DNA from: Paraphysomonas bandaiensis
Lineage: Eukaryota > Protista > Chrysophyceae
Reading direction: 5' to 3'
Assembly: GCA_965644295.1 (NCBI GenBank)
Contig: CBFFRP010000017.1
Coordinates: 1-64,000, forward strand
DNA length: 64,000 nucleotides
The position numbers were made by a program, and so were the translations under genes. The notes beneath the pieces were generated by a model, which worked only from the letters and a program-made list of their open reading frames with translations, ran no database searches and was not told where the DNA came from. Shown piece by piece: positions 1 through 13,195 of the stretch (its first letter is position 1; each line of letters opens with the position of its first letter).

Positions 1-2323
1 AAAAATTTAATTTTGGCCCTTTTTGGCCCTCGGCCCGCTAGGGCCCCTCGGCCCGCATTTGGCCCTCTACTACAACTAACAATAATAACAATAATTCTTA
101 ATTAAAAACACACACAACACACACTACAACCACAAGCAACAATAACGCACAAAGCAAAGGGCAGTATTACGCACAAAGCAAAGGGTCAAATTTAGCAAGA
201 GTTATTAATATCTTAAGCAAGAGCAACTTTATACCAAAACATTTTTCGGAGCTGGGGGCTCCCCACGCTTCGACTCTACGAGCCGGCGTCCACTGCCCCC
301 AGGCCCCCGCCCCTAAACAACGCCGGGGCCGGCCCCACCGGCCCTATTCCGGCGTTTGGCGCCGGTCTGAGCCCTGCCGGCGGCAACACAGCATGTCTCA
401 ATCTCCTCGGTGAAAGCACAGTCTTCGGCTGTCACTGTAGACTCCTTGCCACATCCAGTGTATTTCACTATCTCCTCAATTGAAATACAATCATCAGTGG
501 GTACATCGACAACATATCCATTCTGCAGTCGGCACTGCTCGCGATAGCCAACGATGGACCCCTCGTAAAATCCAACTCTCACCACCTCGTACATGCACCC
601 ATCCTCAGGATCATAGTGGCTCTTCCCAATCAAAAACTTGTATTGGTTGAGCTGCGCAAACTTAGTCCTTTGGACTGACCTGTCCATTTCAAATGCAGCG
701 TAGTCCTCTGGCAATGTGAATTGCTGGAATGGCAGATGTTTCGGCCGGGATGCATGACCCCTGAGAATTTTGTTTCGAAGTTCGACGTATTCTTGACTTA
801 GCTTCCGAATAGTACTCACATATAACACCACGGAAGGATGCGCAGTGGGAAAAGCCTCGTTCAGCTTTCTGTTAAACCTTTCCAGTGGATTGTTGGTTCT
901 ATTAATCAAGCGGGATGTTGATGACTCGTCTGTTACAATGCCATGCACATTCCAATCATTAGGATCGGATCCAGTTACAGGCTTGCCCTCAAAGTTCCGT
1001 TTGATAGCATTCATCAGACCCTTCTCGAAATCCACTGAGCCATTGATGATCTCCATCATGAAATCTGTTGAGGCCTTACTCAAATAAAGAGCCATGGAAT
1101 ACACTTCTTCAAACTTCGATTGCAGCAATATATAAAATACAGGAATGTATAGGGACGAGGCGTAGTCATATATCATAATTACTAGACACTGAGAAAATCC
1201 CTTTGGCACACATTTAAAAGTACAGTCTATAAACAGATGGACCGGACCACCCTTTACAATATTGATTAAATCAGGATGTGCAAAGCCAATTATCTTCTGC
1301 ATCTGATTGCTAACATTGATTGAAGTATTGAACTGTAAAAATAGTCTCTCGTCGTCATCAGCACAGTTCACAAGCGGATACGACGATATAATTCCTTCCC
1401 AATCATTGAACTCTAAACGTCTACACTGATACACCAAAGCTTTGAGTTTCGACGTTTCGAGATATCTATATGGCATTCCTACCGAAATAAGCAAAAGAAA
1501 ATGAAGTGAAAACAGCAAAAAGAAAAAAATATCAATTTTCTCACCGAGCTGCTTATATTTCGCTCGCGTTGTTTCCGCAACTTCATTTGCAATCGCAATG
1601 GAGGACTTCGAAACATCTTTCAACGCCATTGCTTCACAAAGTTGTTTCATTTCACCACTTGCGTCATATACACCTTTACAAAACGACGACCTCTCCTTGG
1701 AATTATCATCAGATGTTGGTGAATCTGAAGGCAATATAAAGATGGCGGCACCACATTTGTGCTCCTCTTTCCCCTTTGAAATTATCAGTTTTTCATCAGA
1801 TTCTTCTGCTTGCTCGTGAACAAGAATTGTCAATTTAGCTGGACAGCCACATGTTCTTCCTTTCCGGTGTTTTGAGCACCGATAATAACCCTTCAAATTT
1901 CCTAAATATATGGATCAGTGGCTTACTGATAGAGAATATATTATACCGAACCATCTTGAAGCCTCTTCCTCTGCTTGATAGTGTATCTGAAACCTTCCCA
2001 CTGAAAAGTTGTAGGGAGATCATCGCTATTACAACTATCTTTTCTCCCTGATTCTTCTGAATTAGAATCATGCATTATTAATCGCCTGCTTGATGACAAA
2101 ATTATTAATGAATTTGTATTAAGTTTTCAAAAAGTCGAAATTAAAAACTAATCACATTAGTTTTTTCAAAACTCGAAATCTTTAAAAGACAATAACTGAA
2201 ATAATATAACAAATCAAAATCTTCAGGAGGCAAAAACTGAAAAAAATTAATTTTAGAGGGCCCGCGGGGGGCCGCGGGCCCGCGAGGGCCGAGGGCCCTG
2301 GCGGGCCGCAAAAAAACCTTATC
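1..2323 (-). mobile_element. Mutator (MULE) DNA transposon, left end outside the window
   Basis: Encodes a MULE transposase. GC-rich imperfect inverted repeats at ~15-68 (cggcccgctagggcccctcggccc) and ~2255-2310 (reverse complement cggcccgccagggccctcggccc). The right end ...aaaaaaccttatc (2323) abuts a retroposon fragment. TSD cannot be checked. Confidence 0.8.
313..2071 (-). pseudogene. MULE transposase with in-frame internal deletion
   Basis: YRCSKH..CPAKL zinc-finger-like N-terminus, catalytic motifs FIDCTFK, VDFEKGL and RTNNPLERFNR. Probable introns at ~1904-1948 and ~1480-1545. The CxxH motif and insertion domain expected after 'FEGKPVTG' are missing. Confidence 0.8.
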
Positions 2324-2437
2324 GTGTGTACTGATTAGTTACAGGTAGAGGTCTAACTAGTGTGTCTAGTATTCATCTAGCTACTAAATCGGTGCAGGTT
2401 TTTAACGCCTATTGCTAAATAAAAGACTTTCAATATA
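2324..2437 (+). mobile_element. 3' half of the shared retroposon module
   Basis: gtgtgtactgattagttacaggtagaggtc...taacgcctattgctaaataaaagactttcaatata matches the 3' ends at 7085-7201 and 20755-20872. Confidence 0.9.
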
Positions 2438-2600
2438 CACTAAAGTTACTGCCAATACAATAATTAAGATAGAAAGTTGTTTCTCTTCAAACCGAACATT
2501 GAAGTTGAATATATATTTTCCCGGTGTTAATATGAGCGTTCTGTTGAACCCAATTCCGGTCAAAACTTTTTGGTCAAAACGCGATAATTCCCATTTCTTG
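2438..2600 (+). repeat. Unclassified interspersed repeat family B, fragment
   Basis: attgaagttgaa...cccggtgttaatatgagcgttctgttgaacccaatt is also found at ~13095-13157 (+), ~19927-19990 (-) and ~60293-60352 (-). Confidence 0.8.
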
Positions 2601-2745
2601 GATAATACATATTTATACTAAATTTTGAATGTTTGAACTGTACTACAAACAGCGGAACAGTATGTAAATGACGCAGTAAGATAGATAACATTTTCAATTA
2701 CGAAGGGCAACTACAACTTGACTTGTTGGAATTAGGAGACAAGTT

Positions 2746-3847
2746 TCAGGTGACATCAGTAATTTCATATTTCTGAGTCACATGACGCTGATGTATACTA
2801 GACTTCCGACAACAATTAGATCTGTGGGCCATCATATACTGATGTCTAGAGAGAAGCAACAGCGAGATCGTCTTGTGCAAGCTCTCATCATCGCTTCCAA
2901 CACACCTCTCCGAAATTACGCTTCTCACATTCTCTGAGACAGATATATTAGAACCTCCAGATGAATTCTCCCTAATCTGCAGCCTATCAGCATAAATATC
3001 ACAAACTGAGACGTTACCTTAAATATATCTATGCTATTGAGTACGCCCCCAAATACTGAAGGAAATACACACTCCAAAAGCTCTAAGTATTTATTGAAGT
3101 GTTCTAGTGTTCCCACGGCAGAGTATCTGCCGTTCTCTGGCGAAATGTTCACCAGAGCATCCTCTGGAGAACACGGCATACCACAGAATGAATCAGAGTA
3201 TTCACTGGTAGACATATGCTGCAGATCCGTGTCTTTGGATATACACGATTTGTCTAACAAACACCGCAGTACATCTGGGTGCATGTCAAGATTTCTGCCA
3301 TGATCTGGAAGGCGATAAAAATAATTGCTGGTATGGCGATCTGCACAGTTCCTTAACAGTTGCATATATTCGATTCGAAACGTTGACGTCGTATCAGAAA
3401 AATTTTTCCATAGAAAATGGCCTTCTACAACTATGGTGAGATTATTCGCTGATCGTCTCAACTCAGCCAATTTATCAAGCACTGCATGAGACGAATGTCG
3501 ATTCCAGAAGGCCCCATCCTGAGATACGAAGCGGAAACTTCTTTTGTTCAGTGTCCGCTGTAAACGCTCCTGTCGAGATATTATCGTGTTCATTGTTGTG
3601 CTGCCTGTAAAAAGAAAAAATAAGGTAGCTGTCACATAGTAAGCAATCCTCACTACGCACCGCATTTCATGTATCTATTGAAAACAATTATATCCGGTTC
3701 GGGAGATTCATTTATATATCTGCACCATTCTCTTGGAGTCAGCTCGTCACTCAGGTCTTCGCAGAGATGAGCACTCAGAAAGAGTATGAAATAAACAAAG
3801 CGATGTAGTGTGTCCCTTGTAATGACCATCATATCATCAACATACAC
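2746..3847 (-). CDS. Heparan sulfate 2-O-sulfotransferase-like protein, multi-exon, start uncertain
   Basis: Spliced IIVFNRYMKCG|STTM PAPS-binding loop, VVEGHF, YMQLLRNCADR..SNYFY and YSAVGTLEHFNKYLELLE motifs. GT-AG introns at ~3606-3661 and ~2978-3018. Confidence 0.7.
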
Positions 3848-4324
3848 AATTAAAGAGTGGTCAATATGTTTCTCATGCTGTCCAGAAGAGGGTTGTAGAT
3901 TGGTGGTAATATCATGCCACCATCCAGTATGTATCTAGATCATAGACTGTGAGATGTGCTCATCATATCCAGCCTGAGTCGTCTATTTTTAATGCCCTAA
4001 ATCCCACCAGATTTTATGGATACAGATCGATCTATAGCATTTACTGTACGATCATTCGTGGCAGGGTCCACAATCCACAATACTTCGTAGCTACCTACGA
4101 GACAAGATGTGTGAAGCCCATTTTTTTAGTAATTATAAATATAATTTCCGGATTTTCTCAGAAAGAATTCAAACAAACAAATTCAAAATTTCGAAAATAA
4201 AATTCTGTCGTGTGTGTGTGTGTGTTGTCAGACAAGTATTGACTCATGTAAGCAGCAATACTGATAGCAGATCTAATCCCACTGGCGCTACGTTACTCGT
4301 TCAGCTACAGATTGCCATTTAAGC

Positions 4325-5465
4325 ATGTCTTACGGTGGGTTTGAATACGACAAGGGTGGATATGGAGGTATGGATGTAATGTCGGGGGAAATGGGCGGAG
4401 GAGGATTCATGGGCTCATATGGAGATGCGGGGGCTTCCACACCCAAAAGCACTGAAAAGAAGGTAGACTCTATATATTAAAGCGAGCTAATATCTCAGGG
4501 CGTATTTTAGGCTTCCAAAGACAGGCAGTCGTTGATACCTTGTACAGTTAAACAGCTCCTGTCTGCCGAACAAGACGTTTCCAATGACACATACAAGGTC
4601 GACAATGCTGAACTTCATGTAGTGAGAATTATGGGGACCGTAGAAATAGTGGATGAGCATGCAACTAATGTGAACTACAGAGTCAATGATGGTACAGGGG
4701 CTATTGAATGTAAATATTGGATGGAGAAGGACTCGGCTGCTTCAACAGGCAAACAGGAACTGTGTAATCCTTATAGCTTTGTAAGAGTGGAAGGAAGCCT
4801 AAGAGTATACGAGGGAAAAAAACATATATTTGTGTATAATATTAAAGTAGTCGACGACTTCGACGAAATGACACATCATTTCCTTGGTATGTATATATTG
4901 GATGGTGTTATGTTATAATCTCTGAGGACAGACGTTATCCTCACACACAATGTACACACTCGCGGACCTATTCCAGTGCGTATTTCCACCACTGCGACAT
5001 GTACCATTCAATTTTGTGTTCGTATAGGGTTCTAAGGCGGCCTCTGCTACATCCGCATCGCTGACAGCTAATCAGTTCTCTTCCCCATGTGAGTTTCTTA
5101 TTTCCGCATGAATGCAAACCTTACCTTTCCTCCTTTACGCAGTTACTGGGTCTGGTATGGGAATGATGCCTGGTATGGCCGCACCGATTGGAAGGAGTCT
5201 ACTCAACGACACTGCTGGAGAATCTACTCAGCAGAAGGTCAGTGTGATTGTTGTGAAAGTTTCTTAGCTGAAGAATGCTCAGATACTAGAAGTGTTCAAG
5301 TCTAAGGGCCAAGGCCCATCTGGATTGTCGATCAATGATGCCATGCGGTACCTTGAACAAGACGGTATATCTTTCGATACTGTAAGACAGGCACTGGAGT
5401 TTTTCACTAACGAGGGTGTTCTCTACACCACTATTGACGAGGACCACTATAAATCAACTGAGTGA
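4325..5465 (+). CDS. RPA2: Replication protein A 32 kDa subunit, multi-exon
   Basis: Gly-rich N-terminus (GGGGFMGS), OB fold (LIPCTVKQL, YRVNDGTGAIEC, FDEMTHHFL) and C-terminal winged helix ending EGVLYTTIDEDHYKSTE*. Confidence 0.93.
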
Positions 5466-5930
5466 GCAGTCGACATTCTCACAGTACTCTTCTCAATAGT
5501 AGTTTGTGCGTATGAAAAATTAGCACTTAGGTGGCCATCTCATTTTTACTAATAACTTGTCGTCGAATTATCATAATAAATGATGCTTAATTCATATTAT
5601 ATTCTGGATATGAGATTTGTGCTGTAATAAGTGTACGACGTTGTTCATTAGAATCAAATAAAGAATTGATCTTTATAATAGTAAAACAATGTTGTGATTA
5701 TTAGAGTGTAAGTAATGAACACGATAGAGTGAAAATTATGAATAACAATATAGAACATAACTACCATGCACAACGGAATAGTCAGAAGTGTAACTGATAA
5801 TGACGACGTTATGACGATAATGTATCTTCGACAGATACTCTCTCTAATTCAGTTCATGATATATTTCATTGAACATTATAACTCACAGATACAATTTTGT
5901 ATTAAGCTGAATCCTAATTAATCATGTTAA

Positions 5931-7201
5931 CACGAAGCACTTTCCACCAGACGTCGGGCACTGGGGCATCGTGTCAAAGGTGTACTGCTCGAAAGCATCG
6001 CAGCACAAACGATTGTACAAGGACAGGAGCATGGGTACGATCACACCCCGAACGACGTACCTCTGATGAGTCTGAATGGACATATGAAGACAAAGGAATT
6101 TACATTGCCGACGCAGTAGCAGGAGAGGACTGGCTTGAGGTAGATAGACTACTCGGACGACAAAATTACACTGTCTGTAACATGGAAGTGGACCAAGCTA
6201 TTGAGAGAATACTCACCGAGGGCTTATGGCACTGGCGCATAACTGGGGAACGACGGCCATATCGCACTAGCCCCCTGCTCACGGATTTCCAATCCCTCCG
6301 CAATCAGCGGACGCTGGAGACCTACACAGCCCTCAGAGACCAACGCTACGGTCACAATCCTTCCGTACCACAGGTGGAGAGATTCTGGACGGGTACCATC
6401 ACAACTACACAGCTTGAAAAGGTTTTTGGAGATCACATCCATGAGTCACTGACATCCCAAGGACTGCGCAGCATCGAATCAGCTATCATTAAATTACTTC
6501 TACCGCTTTTCGCTGCAGCAAAGCTAATGATCCAAGATCGAAGTAGAAGATACTACGTTACCCTCCAGAAAGGTCCCCCAAGGCTGATACCGTGGTCGCG
6601 TCAAAAACACAGACAGAAACGGAAACGCCCAAGGGTGCTAAGATTACTAGGAATCCACAGACGAACCGAGACTGGAACACCGCCCACCGCACATATGAAC
6701 CCTACCAACCATACGCAAAGGACCATAGCACCGGACCGTATGAAACCAACAGGCCCTAGACAACGGCGACGACGTCTCCGGCAACTCCACCTATGCCCAA
6801 CGCCCAGACGGTGCATGGCGACACCGCCAAATTCCACCACACCATCTACCTCTCAGTACACACATCTAGTGCTTGGTACACTCAGGACCTTAATACAGAA
6901 CCCTGTACCTCAGAGCCAGGCGGAACGTTATCCCAAGGGGAGACCCCCGGACAACACGCGCCAGTGAGTCCTCAGACACACGAGCAGGGCGAACTCACAA
7001 CCAACATTAAGAACGGAAGTGGTTGCACCTTGGTGCTTGCGGCGACGCACAAGCAGCTTCTGTGGCGCTAAATAGTAGGATAATAGAATTTGTGCTGATT
7101 AGTTATGGGTAGAGGTCTAACTAGTAAATCTAGCATTCAACTAGCCACTATATCGGAACGAGTTTTTAACGCCTATTGATAAATAAAAGACCTTCAATAT
7201 A
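5931..7201 (+). mobile_element. 5'-truncated non-LTR retrotransposon (LINE) with RNase H-like remnant
   Basis: 12-bp TSD taatcatgttaa at 5919-5930 and 7202-7213. The ORF contains WVRSHPERR...GIYIADAVA, resembling the C-terminal RNase H motif WVxxH...GNxxADxLA. Ends in the shared 3' module (7011-7201). Confidence 0.8.
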
Positions 7202-7360
7202 TAATCATGTTAATAATAAATATACAATACACAAGATAGTATACGTGGTGATCAATAAAAGTGGTGGCAATTGAGAAGGCTATAAAACATTAATCATTAA
7301 TACCCTCCTCATAGAGCTGAAAACTCATCAGAAGAGGACTGTCACATTAGTTTCACGGTT

Positions 7361-7934
7361 CGAGAGTGCTACGATTACTAGGGGTTCACAGAAGACCCGC
7401 GACTACGCCACCTCCCTCCTCACACACAAATCCCACCGACCTAATCTAAACGAACTTATCACCGTCCAGACCACTCCAAAGACGCCGTCTCCGTCAGCTC
7501 CATCTACTCCAGAGGTCCAAAAAGAGCACAGCATCAGTGCCCATACATTCAACGCCTCATTCCACCGCTCTATCTAACTCACAGCCCACCCACCTAGAAC
7601 TTGGTACACTCAGGGGCTTAATACAAAACCCTGAGCCCCCTCCTAACCCAGTGGAGTCTCATCCCAAGGGGAGATCCCCTGATCACACGCGCCTGTGAGT
7701 CCCAGGACACACGATCATGGTGAGCCTTAAAACACGCACTAAGAACGGAAGTGGTTGCACCTATTATGGTGCTTGCGGCGACGCACAAGCAGCTTCTGTA
7801 GCGTTAAATAGTAGGATGAAAGAGTCTGTATTGATTAGTTACGGGTAGAGATATAAATAGTATGTCTAGTATTCTTCTTGCCACTAATTAGTGCAGGTTT
7901 TCAACGCCTATTGCTAAATAATAAGACATTCAAT
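7361..7934 (+). mobile_element. Second 5'-truncated, diverged copy of the same LINE
   Basis: Homologous to ~6630-7200. 15-bp TSD with one mismatch: attagtttcacggtt (7346-7360) and attagttttacggtt (7935-7949). Confidence 0.85.
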
Positions 7935-8487
7935 ATTAGTTTTACGGTTAATAATCTCTCTGGTACTTACATTTCCAAAAACACGTAAATAAAAGAGTCA
8001 AGAGTCATAACTTCTTTATGAAGGGTTCGACTATTGTGTTTCGCAGAGATTTATATAATACTAATAACACCAAATATATATCTTGCATGACCTTACACAA
8101 TGTTGCAACAAGCACCCTGAACGTTAAAAACTAGATAAATAATAGAATTGTAATCGTACAATAGCTTTCGAGAAACATAGAACTAATATGACATAATAAG
8201 CTGTAACCGAATTCGCACAGTGCACAAAATGGAACGCAATTTTGGGTTGAAATTTTTTTAATGCTATTCTCTATTATAAAAGGGAAATTGCGAAATTGCA
8301 CAATGCAAGTTGATGACGCAAACACCCACAGGTCTCTCGCCGGAATCAGCATGCAGCATGCACATGTCTGTCAGACCAAAATAGCTAATCTGGCAGGGAC
8401 TTGCCAAGCCATACCTAAATTGATCTATCTCCAGAACTACTTGCCGCAAGATATCTTCCAGAACTTTGCAAAATTATTGTTAATACC

Positions 8488-8677
8488 GTGGTGAATGTCT
8501 GATTATTTAGCAATAGGCGTTGAGACCTTGCATCAATTAGTGGCTAGAAGAATGCTAGTCATACTAGTTAGACCACTACCCGTAACTAATCAATACAAAC
8601 TCTTTTATCCTACTATTTAACGCTACGAAAGCTGCTTGTGCGTCGCCGCAAGCACCAAGGTGCAACCACTTCCGTTC
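8488..8677 (-). mobile_element. Solo ~190-nt retroposon 3' module
   Basis: Reverse complement of the shared module, starting at GAACGGAAG. 12-bp TSD attgttaatacc at 8476-8487 and 8678-8689. Confidence 0.9.
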
Positions 8678-9431
8678 ATTGTTAATACCAGTTTCCATAA
8701 ATTTTTTGTATCCGGGGTGTAGGATAATTGCAGGTTTAGATTTTGGATTAATGCTCGTGTAATAATCATTCTAATCGGGGCCTCCTCGACCCTAACTATT
8801 GAATCGAATTGTTGGGTTCCGTAATATTGATCTCCAGTTTGAGAAATGACCAGTTCGCTGTACACTTGGTGTTGACGACTATGCATATAGGGTGAGAAAG
8901 AAGAGCTCGCCACCCTTCTTTCCTCGTTCTTCCCTCATCAGTTACAACTAGTTCATTGATAACTTAGCTACCATACAGTCGAGGTTCACATATTTTGGGA
9001 TGCTGATATTAGATTATATGTTATGTGTACGAATGACCAGAAGTGCCTGGTGTTGTAGCCCTAATTCGTTTTAAAATAGGAATATTTACGTGTTTCGGAG
9101 AAACAGCAAGTCATTAGAATCACTACAGCATTCTCCAATCACTTAAGATTCATAGCGATATGCCCACTTTCAACATTGAATTACATATAGCAACATATCT
9201 TTATGACGCCGAGACGAATACGTGGTGCTGCATATAGATAAATAGCCATACATATACCCGAATAATATGTCTTAAGGTAATATGCGAGTGAATCTAGACG
9301 ATATTCACAAAAGCCACACCAATCTCTACAAAATAATGCAAGCACCAGCATTTCCTTCATCCACGAAATTAATCACGTTCGCCTCAATAAAAAACCTACA
9401 ATATTGGGATAAGAGAGTGTGACATCAACAT

Positions 9432-11035
9432 TCAGTTGGTTGTACCGGCAGGTGTCAACAATCGTTTCAGCAGGTGTGCGCAGCGGTACATTAAGCTGCG
9501 AAGATGTTACACATATCAAACATGCCCATACTTCTGCATTATACTGACCTGCTTTGATCTTGAACGCGAAAACAGAGGAGGCTTGCCTTTAAGAAAACTT
9601 AATATTCAGTATTAATAGCATCAATATTTACCTAGTCTTTGTAAAACAAAGTTTCGCACACTTTCGGACTGCGCACTAAGCGAAAGGCGAACGAGAGCAT
9701 TTGGAACCTGTCGTGTGGATACATTCATATCGGCGAAATTCTCATGTATAATCTGAAGCATCTTCTGCAGAGAGATGGCAGTATTGGCGCATATGTAACG
9801 ACCGGATGAACCCTCTTGTTCCATGGCTGCAATATGAAACCGTGCAACATCGCGGGCGTCTGAAATGGCATAACTAAGGTTCGGGACACCTGTATTGAAG
9901 AATGAGACCCAATTAGCGGCAACATTGTTTGATACACAGACCGCGAGATCGCTTATCTTGCATGAAGTTAAGGATAAACCTGTGCGAAAAGGCAATATGA
10001 CCGCCTGCGAAGTACAGTCAAAATACACATTACGCAATCTGTTGAGCTACATTAAGAAGTCTAAAAATGACAGACTGCAAGGCATGTACACAGTGTTTGG
10101 TACTGATTGAAGAAGTAGTGAAGTGGAGATGATACCTAGGTGTGGACCTAAGACAGTTCCAGGGAGGATAGTACATAGGCTGAAGGTTGCATCAGGGCGA
10201 CTGGCTGCAGCGACGACCTCACTCTCCGCAGTAGTTTTACTATAAATACACACAGAAGTTTCTAAGTCATCACCGCCACACGCGTGTATAAGTAGATGAC
10301 GACCACAAACAATGCAGTAAATACGAGTACCACTCTCAGTTCTTGAGGCCATACCTGTATGAGTACGGATTGCTGGTTAGAGATGCAGTCTCATTCCAGT
10401 CCTGCTCAGAATACTTTCGATTGAATACGAATTCGTCCGTTATAGCTACAGTGAAAGCGGTTTGTACCACACACTTCGAGTAGGGAGATGTACGTACCGC
10501 ACATACAGGAAGTGAAAATGAGCTTCTTCACAGAGGGAACATTCTGACAATAGTGAAGAATAGTCTATATGTTGAATTGATTACTGACACAATGTTTATG
10601 ACTATCAGATAAAACACACCCGCGTGCCTTCAACCGCAGGGTCAATCAATTCATACTTCGGGTCCTCAGAAAATAAAGTCACAGGCGAGGCTACATGCAT
10701 AACATACTCCACATCACAAAAAGCTTCTGCCCAGCTCTTATGTGATACTGGGTTTCTGCACATACTATCAAATATGTAACAGTACACATCGTTACAAACC
10801 TCAAGTTGACCTCCACCAACTCCAAATTTTCTGCTGCATTTTGAAGTCTGGAGAGGTACGCAAAGGCCTCGGGCTTATTCAGATCTCGCACTGTTCCACG
10901 GACTTTGTATCCGCGCATCAGTAACTGTTGAATAAGGTGTCCAGCTACGAATCCAGTGGCTCCTGTGACTAAAACGGGACCATGAGTTGTTGGAGCGGCA
11001 AAATCTGAAGTCTTCTCTTCTGTAATAGGCAGCAT
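9432..11035 (-). CDS. NAD-dependent epimerase/dehydratase, dihydroflavonol-4-reductase/aldehyde reductase-like, multi-exon
   Basis: VLVTGATGFVAGHLIQQLL..GYKVRGTVR Rossmann motif, VMHVASPV, LIDPAVEGT, YxxxK-region 'SKTTAE', DARDVARFHI and GRYIC. Confidence 0.9.
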
Positions 11036-12914
11036 CTCCTCCAGAAAATCGGTGAAATATGAGTGTGTGGTTCTATTAATAGATGCTGATGTGTACAATT
11101 CCCTAATCAAGTATATTCCTTAGGAACTCGATTATACAGTCACCAATCTCTAATCTCGTAAACCGGAAGTCTCTTCTGAGCGACTTGTTTATCGAAACAG
11201 CGTTGAGCGATGTTTCTCATACAGATAATACCCTACAGCAGCACCTCACAACACAGAGAGAGGGCCTTCCTGTATACATTTGTATATAATGGTTTTGTGC
11301 AGCATTGTATTACTTGTATTCCAGCGGTATACAAGAGTTCACTGCTGGCTGTGAAGAAGATACAGTATGATCATTCCATTCTTCGCTCTCAGTTCTAGAG
11401 TTCCACACATCCGACCATGATCTGCACCTCTGAGCATCTGGACGTGGGCCTCGTGATCTTAGGAACTGGGCCTCGTTCGTTGCAAATATACTAGCCCAGA
11501 TGTATTTCAGATAGAGGAGGAGAGAAAAAGAGCAAGCCGATAGAAGATATATACAGTATGTGGTATTTTGTCTTTAACCAGTTAAAATAGAAAGGAATTG
11601 TTGCAAAGCATGCATATAGCTCACATGGGAAATAAGTCCAGCTCCTGGAATTCAGCTAGCAAGGAGAAGGTGGAGTGCAAAAATGGGGCTTATGAAGTAT
11701 TCCTTCTGTCAGTGTACAAACTTGATGGGGTAATGTTCTGATAAGATTGACTTTCATAATACAAAGCAGTGAGTACTAGCTGTGTGCTGTGTACACAGTG
11801 TGGTATACATTCATGAACATAGTATGTACTAAATAAAAGAAATGCATACTACCTGGCTTTGCCTAAACTAAGAAGGTATGAATAATATTAGCATCAGAGA
11901 TAGCTGAAAACAATCGGCCAGCATGGAGAAGAATTCGTCTCGTCAGTGATGTCTCCAAAAAAATGTATTAAATTTATGTCTACGAAGCTGCAAGACTAAT
12001 ATGAAGGGGGCCCCAACGAATCCATCGAGCACGATGACTTTAGCTGTGGTATATTCCCAGCGTTTGATATTTACACATTTCTACGTGTAATGTCAGTGTA
12101 GCACATGACAGTCATTAAGTTGGAGGAATAATTTTCAGATTTTGCATAAGCCCGTTGGAAGTAAACCGCTGTACCACCTATAGAAGGATTGCGATATGCC
12201 GCTGATTAAGATATGCGATATGCACATAAAATAAGAACATGTCAAAGATCGTTGTCAAAGAACAAACTGAGCATCTCGGCAACCATCGTCGAGATACATA
12301 GCATAACGTGATTGCAGATGTTCAACTGCTTCAAAATATTCAAGTGTAGTAGTGTAAATGACATTATGTATCCGTTGGGGACCACTATCAGAGAAACAGA
12401 GTAGTGTGTGTGCAGCAATACACTCATACAGAGGAAGAGTGCAACAATAAGGGATTAGAATCATTGGATAGCAATGCTTATCATTTTCTATTCAAGAGTA
12501 CTGAAAGTATAGTATTATTAATAGTCTTTATGTAAAAGTATTTTAAATCAGCTATACCACAATGATTAATTATTATTTGAAGTATAGTATTTTATTGATA
12601 GCATTATATAGTTTTGTATATGAAAATTAATTGTTTAAAATGTAGAGTGAAAAGGAAGGATAACTAAAACTTTTCTTATCAATAGTTTTAATACAATACT
12701 GAGAGCCTTTCTGGCTCAGAAAGACAGGTTAAGCTTCCCCGTGTCCTCCCCCCTCCTCTCTGTGGTGCTCAGATAATAACTGCAATTATTATTGTTGGAT
12801 ATCGGCCAGCACGAGACCTATTTCTGACAAAGAGAGGAGAATTATTATTATTGAACCCGATACCTGTCACCCTTCAATTTTCCAATCAATAGTATCCATA
12901 CTATAAGCTGAGGG

Positions 12915-13195
12915 AAAGCCCTGGTTATGAAGATAGATCGCTTGCACTGCCATCATTCTGATCTTCTACATCAGACGAAGGATGAAGTATTTGATTATTT
13001 TACTTTTGAAAGTTGACTCATTATTTCGCTATCCCTAAAATTGTATGTTAGAATGAAATCGCATACATATATATGACTGTCAATATCATAACTAATATTG
13101 AAGTTGAATGTCTATAGTTTCCCGGTGCTAATATAAGCGTTCTGTTGAACCCAATTCAGAAAAAAAATACTTATTTGAGATAAAATTGGGATATA
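12915..13195 (+). repeat. Repeat family B copy
   Basis: ggttatgaagatag...tctacatcagacgaaggatg...gttctgttgaacccaatt is shared with 19925-20205 and 60255-60555. Confidence 0.8.

Noticed and set aside
6063-6095. CTGATGA hammerhead core in the LINE
   Set aside because: The short gtc/gac stem is not followed by GAAA; the sequence lies in coding DNA.
11500-12464. Possible decayed gene on the minus strand
   Set aside because: Only short ORF pieces with stops; no family motif could be supported.
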